A DNA stretch of 63,093 nucleotides, counting the filler, from Licmophora abbreviata (lineage: Eukaryota): assembly GCA_900291995.1 (NCBI GenBank). It is 10 parts of 10 records of this genome, joined end to end, with 100 filler letters (N's around TTAATTAATTAA, not from the genome) between each part and the next. Parts side by side here need not be neighbours in the genome. Positions count along the whole stretch, not along the records: positions 1 to 5,891 come from OLMU01004673.1; positions 5,992 to 10,752 come from OLMU01004675.1; positions 10,853 to 34,901 come from OLMU01004677.1; 7 more parts are not named here. One strand, written 5' to 3'. The translations under genes and the position numbers were made by a program. Each line of letters starts with the position of its first letter. Position 1 is the stretch's first letter. Positions 1-11,132 of the stretch are shown here, piece by piece. The notes under the pieces are model-generated. The model had not been told where the DNA came from, did not search any database, and was given only the letters and a program-made list of their open reading frames with translations.

Positions 1-225
1 CGGGCTGTTTTCCCAGCGTCTTTCTGATCATCATCTTTTTCCTTCAAATGACTTTGGGATTCTTCATCACGCTGGGAAATAGTGATGGTCGCCGTCGTAG
101 CGGCGTCATCGGCGACGACGACGACGAGAGACGATAAGCGCGCTGTGTTCACATCATCGGGGCTGCGCTATCGTTGTGAGGGCTATTCCTGTCGGAACAT
201 GCTCGTACGGCCTCGTCTCTGTGAT

Positions 226-1352
226 ATGACTCGATACGTGTTCCTATTTAAGACTACAGTAGCTGCGGCGTTGACCTTTTCGACATCAGCTGCATCGCAA
301 TCAGGTTTCGCGCGCAACCCATCACCATCCGTCGCGTTCCTTGGTTTGGCTGCTTCGCTTCGATCACCAGACCCATTGGTGTCTCCCTTGACGCGAATGT
401 TTTCCGCGACCGAGAATGGAGTCCACACTGCGCTTGTGTTGCCCTATGAAAACGGATCACATAACTCAGCCAGAGTCACTATTCCATCGGACGACGACGA
501 CTCTACATTCTGCAAGGTCGCGTTTCGAACTCGCCTCGAGGCAACGGTTGCCTCCTGTAGAGCACTGAAAAAGTCGAGTCTTTGGGTTGAAGTTCCCATG
601 TCACGTGCTAGTTTCATTGAAGATTGCGAAGAGTTCGGGCTTTCGTTTCATCACGCTGTGGGGAAAGTGGCGAGTCTTTCTCTCTGGCTCAACGACTCTC
701 CTTGCAAAATACCCGAGTACGCGACGCATCATGTGGTGAGCTTGCGCTACATTCGGATTGAGACTTCTGTGTTGTAGGATTGGCTCATGTCTGAATGCCT
801 TCTTCTATCAAACAGGGTGTGGGTGCAGTGGTTGTCAACAGTCGAGATGAGATATTGTGTGTACGGGAGCTTCGAAACAACCTAAGACCTTGGAAGATCC
901 CTGGTGGACTTTCCGACTTAGGGGAGCAAATAGACGAGGCAGCAGTACGTGAGGTTATGGAAGAGACGGGAGTACCTTGCCAATTCCTGACGGTACTGAG
1001 CTTTCGACACACGCATGGATTGAACCTGGGGCGTTCGGACCTCTACTTTGTATGCCGATTGGCGCCTATTGAAGGCTCTGATGAGAACGGCAATGCCATC
1101 ATCCCCGACCCAGTACCAGAAGAAGGTGAGATTGAAAGTGCGGCTTGGGTGCCACTGAATGAGTATCGATCCATGATTGAAGGCGAGGACGGTCATCCAA
1201 TGATGCAGCACATCATGCAACTGTACGAACAACCGTGGAAAGACCACGACATCCAGAAGACAGTTGTCCCGAGTATCGTACCTGGCCGAAAGCCTTCTCC
1301 AATTTATCACCCACCGATACGAACGAAAAATAGCGGCCATAACGAATACTGA
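226..1352 (+). CDS. Nudix hydrolase (NUDT6/AtNUDT8-like), 2 exons
   Basis: Nudix box GGLSDLGEQIDEAAVREVMEETGV. Intron 736-815 (GTGAG...AACAG) joins PEYATHHV to GVGAVVVN, the family pre-Nudix motif. Start may be 199 or 226; N-terminus looks like a targeting peptide. Confidence 0.88.
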
Positions 1353-1533
1353 TTGTTCCGCCGCGACAGCGACGAGTAGAAAGTAGAAAAAAGTATCGGG
1401 CATGATAAGGCAAGCTACTATAGACTTCATCGTACTACTCTACAGTCACTCGCCCGACACGTCTCGTCTCCAGGAGGACCGCCACCCATCACCTTGTCAC
1501 GGCAACCCCCTGTGAGGTGCTGGCACACGCACT

Positions 1534-1836
1534 CTAGCGAGCACGTTGGCGCATCTTACGACGCTTGCGGCGAAGACGGCGCATGCGCTTCTTGCGCCAC
1601 TTCTTGCGCATGCCTCCATTGACATCCAGGAGCATGGTGAGGGTATCTTCGTCCTCGACCCCGTTGGTAAGGAGAGATCCGCCTTCAAGGGCGCTAGCAC
1701 CATTGACGAGACGAATCAAGTCAGCGGGGACGAACTCCTTGTTCTCAATCATGAGCTTGAGAGACTCGACGGAAGCGTCAGCGTCCACCGTGTAGGTGGA
1801 GGCAGCGCCACTAGCACCAGCAATGAAAATCTGCAT
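1534..1836 (-). CDS. RPL41: Ubiquitin-like domain fused to ribosomal protein eL41 (eS32)
   Basis: 75-aa beta-grasp-like domain (MQIFI...LLDVNGG) followed directly by MRKKWRKKRMRRLRRKRRKMRQRAR, a 25-aa near match to canonical eL41. Confidence 0.9.
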   Translation of the reverse strand: MQIFIAGASGAASTYTVDADASVESLKLMIENKEFVPADLIRLVNGASALEGGSLLTNGVEDEDTLTMLLDVNGGMRKKWRKKRMRRLRRKRRKMRQRAR

Positions 1837-2387
1837 ACTTTCAGGAAGACTTGGTTGCTTCGGACCTGCAATAGAGTGAGAGAGTCAAAGGTAGAAGACT
1901 AAGGTAAGTCGATCGAGCGATGTGTGGCTCATATCCTTATTTTCTGGGGCCACCAACCAAAGTGAGAGAAAAGACAGTTTCTCTAGCGCTTTCGTCCCTC
2001 TCTTTTCCACTCTACAGCACACTCGTATCTCCATACGTTCATCCATCGTTCTAGACGGCTCAGAGTCTCATGGCAGTCGCAACAACGCCATCGTACCTGT
2101 AACAGGGAGCATACAGCAAGACTTGTGACACGTTCGACCTTCTTCCTGAACATGTTCACGTAGAGCGTGTACTGAAACGTACGCGAATAGTATACCTATG
2201 TAGACGTCTACTAACGGTCTGTATGGCGCCAGGTCGACGAGATCCAATCTCACACCCCCGCACACCACGAAGACAGACTCAACTTCACACGAATCGACCG
2301 CGGCCAAGTTCAGTTGTCGCTGCAGCTCACCTCCTTGCTTCTTAACTTCTCATCTTCGCCGAGCTAATTTCATTTGCTTTCAATATC

Positions 2388-5300
2388 ATGGCGGATAAAA
2401 CTAAGAATCTCGCCGACAACGGTGGAGAAAAGAACGAGGATGGCCGAGGAGGGCTTGCGTTTGGGACGGACTTGGGCGGATACGATGCCATTGGGAGTAT
2501 GGGTGGCCCAGCAGAGGAGTCCTACGTCGAATCGCTCCCTACGGGGGAAGAAGAACGTCGTATGATGGAAGGGGATGATATTCGACAACGGGAAGATTTG
2601 GAAATGATGGACGAGGGGCGTGTGAGCACTCATCCTGCTACTCGAGCTGCGGCCTCGGGAGCGAAGAAGGTACGAGCCACATGGACGAGAAGTCACCACG
2701 CTCTTGATTGCGAGAACAAGGGTATCCAATCTCAAAATTCTCTTTCTTTTATTTCCTTATCGCAGTCGGAGGATGCTGTCGAGGGGGAAGACGTAGATCC
2801 CTTTGCCAATCGAGAGGACGGTGGTGGCTCAGGGCTGGTCAATACTCGGATTGCGGATCGTGAATCTGACTATCAAAGGCGTCGTCACAATCGTGCCTTG
2901 CGGGAGGATGGAATGTCGTTCAAGGATGCTATGGCCCATGCATCTGTTGATAAGGAGCGTCATGAACTAATTCAGGAAGCTCGAAAGGACTTGCTTGATG
3001 ACGACGGGAATCTCAAGCAACCCGAGGAAGAAGCCGATACTACTCAGAGCAAGCGACGTCGTCGTCGTTGGGATGATTCGACGAACTCGGCTGCAACAAA
3101 GGAAGAAGAGAAAAAATCGGTCATGGTTACGGATGCCGAGTCGATGTCGTCCAAGTCGCGATGGGATGATGATGTGTCCACGTCGACTGCCGGTAGTCGT
3201 AGACGGAAACGGTGGGACGAGACTCCCGTAGTGGCGTCTGGTACGGCATCGTTAAGTACCATCACTGCCACGCCACTTGTGGCCTCCATGACAGACGCTA
3301 CTCCTGTCGCTGGGGCGAGTCGTTGGGATGAAACGCCCATGGTCTCTTCTTCTGCTGTGGGAGTGGGAGAAACGCCCGGTGGACGCAAGCGTAGCCGCTG
3401 GGATGCTACGCCGGTATCATCGTCGCAAGCCTCGACTGCTATTGTCGCCCCGCCTCTTGCCACACCTCTGTCGGGCAATCTAGCCAAGGCACTGGCGCTC
3501 GAAAAAGAGATGGAGTCGCGTAATCGGCCGTGGACGGAGACGGCATTGGATGCGATACTGCCCTCGGAGGGCTACTCTATTATTCGTCCTCCCGCGAGTT
3601 ACATGCCACTGCGCACCCCTGGCCGGAAGCTTCTAGCAACACCAACGCCGATGGGAATGACTCCCGCTGGATTTCAGATGGAAGTACCCGTTGAAGAACG
3701 GCAGGAAGCAAGTGTGCAGGACATTCGTGAGGCCTACGGCGTGCCGTTGGCTCCAACCGCCGCTGAGGTTGGCACAGAAGCAGGGGCTCTGCCCTACATC
3801 AAGCCCGAAGATATGCAGTACTTTGGCCGACTCATGGAAGATACGGACGAAGCCAGGATTTCCAAAGAAGAAGCCAACGAACGTCGCATCATGGCGCTTC
3901 TGCTCAAGATAAAGAGCGGGACGCCACCGCAGCGCAAGACAGCCATGCGCCAGATAACCGACCGAGCTCGATTTTTTGGTGCTGGCCCACTCTTCAACCA
4001 GATCCTCCCTTTGCTCATGAGCCCCACACTCGAGGATCAGGAAAGACATTTGCTAGTCAAGGTGATTGATCGCGTCTTGTACAAGCTCGATGATCTGGTC
4101 CGTCCGTTTGTTCACCGGATATTGGCTGTGATTGAGCCTTTGCTCATCGACGAGGACTACTACGCTCGTGTCGAAGGTCGAGAAATCATTAGTAATCTCG
4201 CCAAGGCTGCTGGTTTAGCTACCATGATTGCAACGATGCGCCCGGACATTGATAACCCCGACGAGTACGTTCGCAACACTACGTCAAGGGCGTTCGCCGT
4301 TGTCGCGAGCGCACTCGGTGTGCCAACCCTGCTCCCCTTTCTCAAGGCTGTCTGCCAATCGCGCAAGTCGTGGCAGGCACGCCACACGGGGATCAAAATT
4401 GTACAACAGATTGCGTTGCTAATGGGAGTGGCGGTTCTCCCGTATCTCCGAGAGCTTGTGGAAATTGTGAGCCATGGTCTGACGGACGATATGCAAAAGG
4501 TGCGGATCATCACCGCGCTGACACTTGCGGCTCTTGCCGAAGCGGCGAACCCATATGGCATTGAGAGTTTTGACTCGGCGATTCGTCCACTGTGGAAGGG
4601 TGCGCTAGAACATCACGGTAAGGCTCTAGCGGCTTTCCTGAAAGCAGTCGGATTCGTCATCCCACTCATGGAAGAGAACTACGCGAGTCACTACACGCGA
4701 TTGGTCATGCCTATTCTCTTGCGCGAGTTCCACTCTCCTGACGAAGAAATGAAGAAGATTGTCTTGAAGGTCATCCAGCAATGCGTCGCCACGGCTGGTG
4801 TCGAACCCGACTATATTCGCAAGGAGATCTTGCCTGAGTTCTTTCGAAACTTTTGGATTCGGCGAATGGCGCTCGATCGCCGCAACTACAAGCAAGTTGT
4901 TGATACAACCGAGGAACTTGCAAACAAGGTCGGATGCTCGGACATTGTTAGTCGTATCGTTGATGATCTCAAAGATGACTCGGAACCATACCGTAGGATG
5001 GTAATGGAGACCATCCAGAAGGTGCTGACGAATCTTGGCGCGGGAGATATTGACGAGCGTCTTGAGGAGCGCTTAATCGACGGCATTCTATATGCATTTC
5101 AGGAGCAGGCAGTTGACGCGACGTCAACGGGCTCAGGTGCATTCGGCAAAGAAGGGCAGATTATGCTCGACGGGTTCGGCACGGTAGTGAACGCTCTTGG
5201 CGAGCGCTGCAAGCCTTACTTGAAGCAGATCGCGGGGACTATCAAATGGCGTCTGAACAACAAGGCCGCCTCGGTTCGAATGCAGGCTGCCGATCTGATT

Positions 5301-5891
5301 GGAAGGATCGCCGTCGTGATGAAAGCATGCGGTGAAGACCAACTTATGGGACATCTCGGTGTTGTTCTCTATGAGTACCTAGGCGAAGAGTATCCCGAGG
5401 TGCTGGGCTCTATCCTGGGGGCGCTTCGAGCTATCGTTAGCGTGATTGGAATGACCAAGATGACACCTCCGATTCGCGATCTGCTTCCCCGACTGACTCC
5501 AATTCTACGAAACCGGCACGAGAAGGTCCAGGAGAACTGCATCGACTTGGTAAGTTTGTGTGTTTTGAGTTTGTATCTTTTATAGAAACGAGAGATCGGC
5601 AACTGATATAGGCGCATTCGTTCTCTCTTTCGTCCATTCATTTGCTTCTTGCTTCCGGCCATGTACTCACTCTCTTCTCTCGTTGTCGCTTTCATTCCAG
5701 GTCGGTCGCATCGCAGACCGCGGTGCGGAGTTTGTATCGGCGAAGGAGTGGATGCGCATTTGCTTCGAACTACTCGAAATGCTTCGTGCCCACAAGAAAG
5801 CCATCAAGCGTGCAGCTGTAAGCACCTTTGGCTACATCGCTAGAGCGATCGGTCCACAAGATGTTCTTCACACTCTCCTCAATAATCTCAA
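2388..5891 (+). CDS. SF3B1: Splicing factor 3B subunit 1, 3' truncated by gap
   Basis: RWDETP repeats, [18 protein letters not shown] and HEAT repeats ([20 protein letters not shown]). Introns 2670-2765 (in frame) and 5550-5700. Confidence 0.97.
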
Positions 5892-5991
5892 NNNNNNNNN
5901 NNNNNNNNNNNNNNNNNNNNNNNNNNNNNNNNNNNTTAATTAATTAANNNNNNNNNNNNNNNNNNNNNNNNNNNNNNNNNNNNNNNNNNNN
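5892..5991. other. Artificial contig/scaffold spacer
   Basis: 44 N + TTAATTAATTAA + 44 N; stops in all six frames. Confidence 0.99.
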
Positions 5992-6199
5992 TAAGTTACT
6001 TTTGAGGCGCTATTGGCTTGCAGTACTCGTGTCACGACTCACATGGTCGTCTGGTGTGAGAGCCATGAACCCCCTTTATTGTGTAACTCGATGCGACCTG
6101 TCGGAATACACGCTGCTCGAAACGATTCATTTTGCTATGAGGATTATCGGAACGAAATCTGACTAAATTTATCTTTCTTTGATCTTCCTATTTCGACAG

Positions 6200-6385
6200 T
6201 CCCGAGCGGAGGCCATCTTGCGTACACAACCAGAGAATCGGTCGGCCGCCGAACTTCACCTCGCGTCCATTGCCTCAGCGGAACAGCGGGAACAAGAACA
6301 AGTCAAGAAGATTGCGATTGGAACAGGTGCCGCGGTGGCCGTTGGACTTGCGGCGGGAGTGGCGAGCCTCTTGTTGAAGCGGTAA
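6200..6385 (+). CDS. FIS1: Last exon of mitochondrial fission protein FIS1-like tail-anchored TPR protein (5' part lost in gap)
   Basis: After acceptor TTTCGACAG: AEAILRTQPENRSAAEL (end of TPR), then a Gly/Ala-rich TM tail IAIGTGAAVAVGLAAGVASLLL ending in KR. Confidence 0.65.
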   Translation, partial: SRAEAILRTQPENRSAAELHLASIASAEQREQEQVKKIAIGTGAAVAVGLAAGVASLLLKR

Positions 6386-6604
6386 GTCTGCAATCGCAGG
6401 CTCCGGCTGTTCTGGAACCAGCCAGATCTCATGCCTTGCGATACATGCTTTGTCTCTAAAAGGCGCAAATAAACTACAGTAGCTGGTATCAGTTCGACCG
6501 AAGTGTAATAAGGTTGCCATAAAGACATGGGCACTAAGTCTGTGTTTCTAGCGTTTGTTGCAAGTCAAGTCAAGTCACAGTAGTCGTGACAGTGCAGTCG
6601 GCGT

Positions 6605-7660
6605 TCACCGCTCGTCCAATGTCGTCTGCAGATACATCATCCCCAACATGGACGAAGTCGATACGATACCCGTTGTTAGCAAGCCCGTATCGTCATAAGC
6701 TTCCTTCAGTAGTTCAAACACTGCCACCCATGCCATGGCTCCACCCGCAAAGCCCAGGCCGACCGGAAGAATTGGGATAAAGTAGTGTACAAACAGAAAT
6801 GCAGGTACAGCCATGATGGGCTGCGGGAGACTTGATAGCACTCCCCACAGGGCAGCGTTCAGCTTGCATGTTTTCTGTGGGAGCAACGTGACAGCGATCG
6901 CAAGTCCTTCTGGAATATTATGTACCGCCAAACTAGCCGAGATAAAAACACCGAGTTCGTGTCCACGGGAGCCCCCGAAGCTGACGCCAATTCCAACTCC
7001 CTCTGAGAAAGAGTGCAGCAACATGACCAAGAATATCAAGAGTGCTCGACGAAATTTGGCCCCGCCTAAGCTCCCAACGTGAAGGTCTTCGTGGTGGTCC
7101 AGAAAACGTTTCGTTCCGAGGATAAACAACAAGCCCAAACATGCTCCAAAGCATGTGCGCAATTCGCTCGATATGTGTGACATGTCGTCCGGTTCGTCAA
7201 AGGCGCAACCCTCCGAAAGCAGAGAATAGCTAGCGGCAACCATCATTCCAGCTGCAATACCTGGGAGTACAAGAGAGAACCATGTTTTCAGGTAAGAAAT
7301 GAACGTCGACGCCACATGACACCCGGCAAGGATGATCCACATACCATTCGAAATGCCAACCCAAGAGGAATCCAATTCCGGAATGAATACAAGTGGCAAA
7401 ACACCCAGTCCAGTACAAATAGCTGTGATCCATCCATAATACCACACGTGGTGCAATGAAGGCTTGCCCTTCGGGTGCAATGAAGACGGTAGCGTGACAT
7501 AACTGAATACAACCAAGGCGACCAGCGCGACGATAGACGACAGCGGTGTCGGTGGCGGGGCGTCGTCTGCGGCTTTGCCATTTTGTTTTCCCGATTCTCC
7601 GTTTTTTGATGCTTGCTTCTGCTGCGAGTCCGCTTTGTTCTCTGTTGTCGGTCCTGCCAT
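6605..7660 (-). CDS. ZIP family metal transporter (ZupT/ZIP11-like)
   Basis: TM4/TM5 motifs LLHSFSEGVGIGVSF and AVHNIPEGLAIA; probable in-frame intron 7261-7344. Confidence 0.92.
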   Translation of the reverse strand: MAGPTTENKADSQQKQASKNGESGKQNGKAADDAPPPTPLSSIVALVALVVFSYVTLPSSLHPKGKPSLHHVWYYGWITAICTGLGVLPLVFIPELDSSWVGISNGMWIILAGCHVASTFISYLKTWFSLVLPGIAAGMMVAASYSLLSEGCAFDEPDDMSHISSELRTCFGACLGLLFILGTKRFLDHHEDLHVGSLGGAKFRRALLIFLVMLLHSFSEGVGIGVSFGGSRGHELGVFISASLAVHNIPEGLAIAVTLLPQKTCKLNAALWGVLSSLPQPIMAVPAFLFVHYFIPILPVGLGFAGGAMAWVAVFELLKEAYDDTGLLTTGIVSTSSMLGMMYLQTTLDER

Positions 7661-8391
7661 TGTGCAATTGAGTGAAGTAGGGATCCGTGTGCGACACTAC
7701 GCGGTCAACGTTCTCCACGGTGATTCTCAATCGACAATTTCTCTATCCCAAAAAAATCAATGAGTCTCTCCTTTACCGTTCTAAACTCTAGATAGATTTG
7801 ATGCCTTGTTATGATAAAACTGGAGACAAAAGATAGCACCGTGTCCACTGGAACCTGTCGCCTTTGTTCTCTGAAATGTTGTCTCCTCTCTTCAATGGAC
7901 GAGACGCTCGAGACCGCGAGTGACGAGAGCCAAGCGAAAAATTTGAGACGGACGCGCGTCCCGCGCGAGCTTTCATCGAGCTCGTCTTGGGCTCACAAAG
8001 CTCCACGTTCAACCTTGATGAGTGTTGTCAAAAGCACGAACTCGCAGTGTAATAGTATGTACCGCGAACATGGAGCTCAAAAGGTCTACCGACCTTTGGA
8101 GAGACAGAGATGACATGACACCGGCGGCGACGACGACAACACCAAACAATCATCACAGCGACTCTTCGCCATGAGAGCCGAAAGGACTACCAGCAGCAGT
8201 ATTACACTATGTCTGTAATAGGCTCGCGGGAACTGCGTTAAACCATCGAAATCATACAGCTGAGCTTGAAAATTGGAAAGCCTACTCGCTACTCGTAACT
8301 TTCAGGTTCCGTCAAGAGAAGACCGTCTCTACATACAGTAAAGCTGGAGCGACGTTTGCGGCTTTAACGAAACTGGCCTGACCATTCTATC

Positions 8392-10752
8392 ATGTCATCG
8401 GTCACTGAAAAAAGGCCCGTGAAATCACACCATTCTTCCGATGAGGCCAGCACGGCGGATGTCACAGCTATCCTTGACGCATGCGCTGCGTCTTTGACAA
8501 TGCAGGAACCATTCTTGTGTATCGACAAGGAGTTTTCATTGTACGATTCCATGTCTGCATTGGAAATCATGGATCTAAAGATGGACTGTTGCGAGATTCC
8601 TGCGTCGGCCATGGCACTAGTCCCAAGCGACGACGACATGATAGTGCCGCCGCGTCCATTGCCAACTGGGCTTGATGACGACGTTCACCCTCTTCCTTGG
8701 GAAGAATTATCTCTGAATGACGCGGCTAATATTTGTGTTCAATCTCTTACGAGATTAGAATCTTTCTTGAGTGGGTCTTCAGTTGCCGAAAGTACGTTTA
8801 CGTGTCTTTACGCCCACAATGCAGTGCTCGCCGACATGACGTCGCGTCTCGCGAGCACAGCGGACGAGTCGCTCACAGCAAAATTCGAGTCCATGTTATG
8901 TAACCACGAAACAGAAGGGTCGAGTTCATTAGTGGCACAGTACGCTCTGTATGTGGTAATCTTGGCGAGTGTGGAGATAAGTGACTTGGTTCGCAGCATC
9001 GTGGTCCACGCGGACATTTACGAAGAAGAAGATTTCAACATCAACACATTTGATTTAAAGTTCTTCTCCGAGGGAGAGGGAAAACAATCAGTCCACGCCA
9101 TTCCGCAAGCGCTAGGGATGCTTCGTGAGGTCGAAGGATCCGATGAAGAGCGCCACGCGCTTATCATTCAACGCATACTCCAATTTCAGCTTGAGATGCT
9201 GACCGCATGCGCATCACTGGTAAGTCGTAGAGTATCGTCACGACCGACTAGATTGTCATTGTGCTTATCGAAATACCATGATGTCTTGACTGCACCTTCG
9301 TAACAGGGGATATTAGCTCCCGAAAAGACAAGACCAGTCGCCGAGAGCACTAAGGCCGCCGTCGCTTCTGGGGTGCAGCAGCTAGAGGAGTTGCGATCTC
9401 TTCTCGAGACTCGCAAGGTTACTTCTTGCGAGACAGATCCAATATTGAAACGATCGTTTGACTCGCTGATCTACCGGCCCCTAGTGGGGAACACACCTAT
9501 ACGAACGGTTTCATTTCACACGCCGACTGAGTCAATCGATGTTCTTCAGAAGACCTTGGGGGAAATTGGTTGGGCCGTTTGCGATGTTTTACTTCAAGGT
9601 ACCAGCATGGGGCGTATTCGTCGCATGTTGGAGAGAGTATCGGCATCGTCTGTCAATATTCTGAGTCGATCCCTGCTGTTGTTGAACCTGTACTTTGAAG
9701 AAAAGCTTCTTGGCCAATACGATGTGACCGATCTTGTCGCTAAACATGTGCAACAAGTTTCTGGGATGCCCGTCAGCTGGATGGAGAACCAGTACGCGCG
9801 TGCTTTGATGGATCGACTGGTTAAGCCGATGTACGATGCATTGAAGTTACTTCTATTGAATCGTAATCGCCAGCAGGCCTTCTTGGAGCGCGTGGCGTTT
9901 CAGGGCTGGGTGTCCCTCCTACAGGATGCTACTTCGGTCGACGTGGAAGTCATGGGTGACGACTCGACAGCTCCACCGTTCGCTTTCTTCAGCACTTATG
10001 TTCGCGCTCAGCTGGCACGGCTTATGGATCACCACGTCGCTCTTTCCGTAGAGCTCACCCTCGTCCGAGGGCATCACGACCTCGCCGTTGCCTATTGGTA
10101 TCGACACTATCTATTGTCGGCTCAGATATCGACTTTATACTCAATGAAACAAGCCAAAGCGTTCACAAAACCGTCTGAGGCATCGGTCCCGAAGTCACGA
10201 GGGAAAAGGAAGAGTGCGAAATGTGTCGAAAAGAAGAGTGATTCTGGATCCGCCGCATCGTGTGAGGATTCACTAGAAGACTTTGAGCTTGGTCTGATCA
10301 TTCTCAAGAGAGATCTCTGCAAAGGCATCACAAGTGTGAGTTGGGCCGACCACGTAGATTACTTTGTCTTTTGATTTCGATTCTGACGACGCTATTCTTG
10401 CCCGACAGTTCTTTGCATCGCTAAGTCAAGCAAAACTTTTACAGCCACCCTGCTACCAATTCACCTCTCATGAGCTTCGGTTCCAGCAGCGCTTTGATGC
10501 CTTTTCTGTTATTTCGACACCGCCGCCACTCACGTATCAGGACTTCCAGCAAGGCTCAGACTTCTCTTCCGTGCGGCAGTCGGAGCTGCTCGCAGCTACG
10601 GCTGAGTACTTCAAATCGAGTAAGAGGACGCTTGAAGAATTGCAAAGCCAGGCGCACTCCCTCGATATGCTTCCTGTGTCCGACGAAGAGCTACGCAGCC
10701 TGGCCAAAGCTTGCGTTGGAAACTCGGTGTTCGTAATGAAGCTAACGCAGCT
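8392..10752 (+). CDS. NAA35: NatC auxiliary subunit (Mak10), 3' truncated by gap
   Basis: FSLYDSMSALEIMDLKMD, SVAESTFTCLY, DIYEEEDF, RNRQ and RFQQRFDAF..ISTPPPLTYQDF motifs. Introns 9220-9306 and 10336-10408. Confidence 0.9.
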
Positions 10753-10852
10753 NNNNNNNNNNNNNNNNNNNNNNNNNNNNNNNNNNNNNNNNNNNNTTAA
10801 TTAATTAANNNNNNNNNNNNNNNNNNNNNNNNNNNNNNNNNNNNNNNNNNNN
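10753..10852. other. Artificial contig/scaffold spacer
   Basis: 44 N + TTAATTAATTAA + 44 N. Confidence 0.99.
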
Positions 10853-11132
10853 ATGGAAAATGCCAACATTGTCATCTACTCGGAGTACACCACAAAAAGA
10901 CGGCGCGAGCGTGCCGTCATCCGCCACGTCACAGGCGGGTGTCGCAGAGCATGGCGCGACGGTCTGTCTGTTGAGACTCACTCGACTCGACTCACTCCTT
11001 ATTATACCACGGCACCATCCTTGCGTCGCGACGACCAACTCGTGGCCACCATTGGCGTAACTAAGTTAGACATTGAGAGCCGACAGAGCTTGTGCAAGAA
11101 TAGGAGAGGGCGAATTTATTTATTTTTCTGAC

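Noticed and set aside
1546..1902. Plus-strand ORFs opposite Ubl-eL41, and many other antisense ORFs in the track
   Set aside because: Shadow frames of real genes with no independent motifs.
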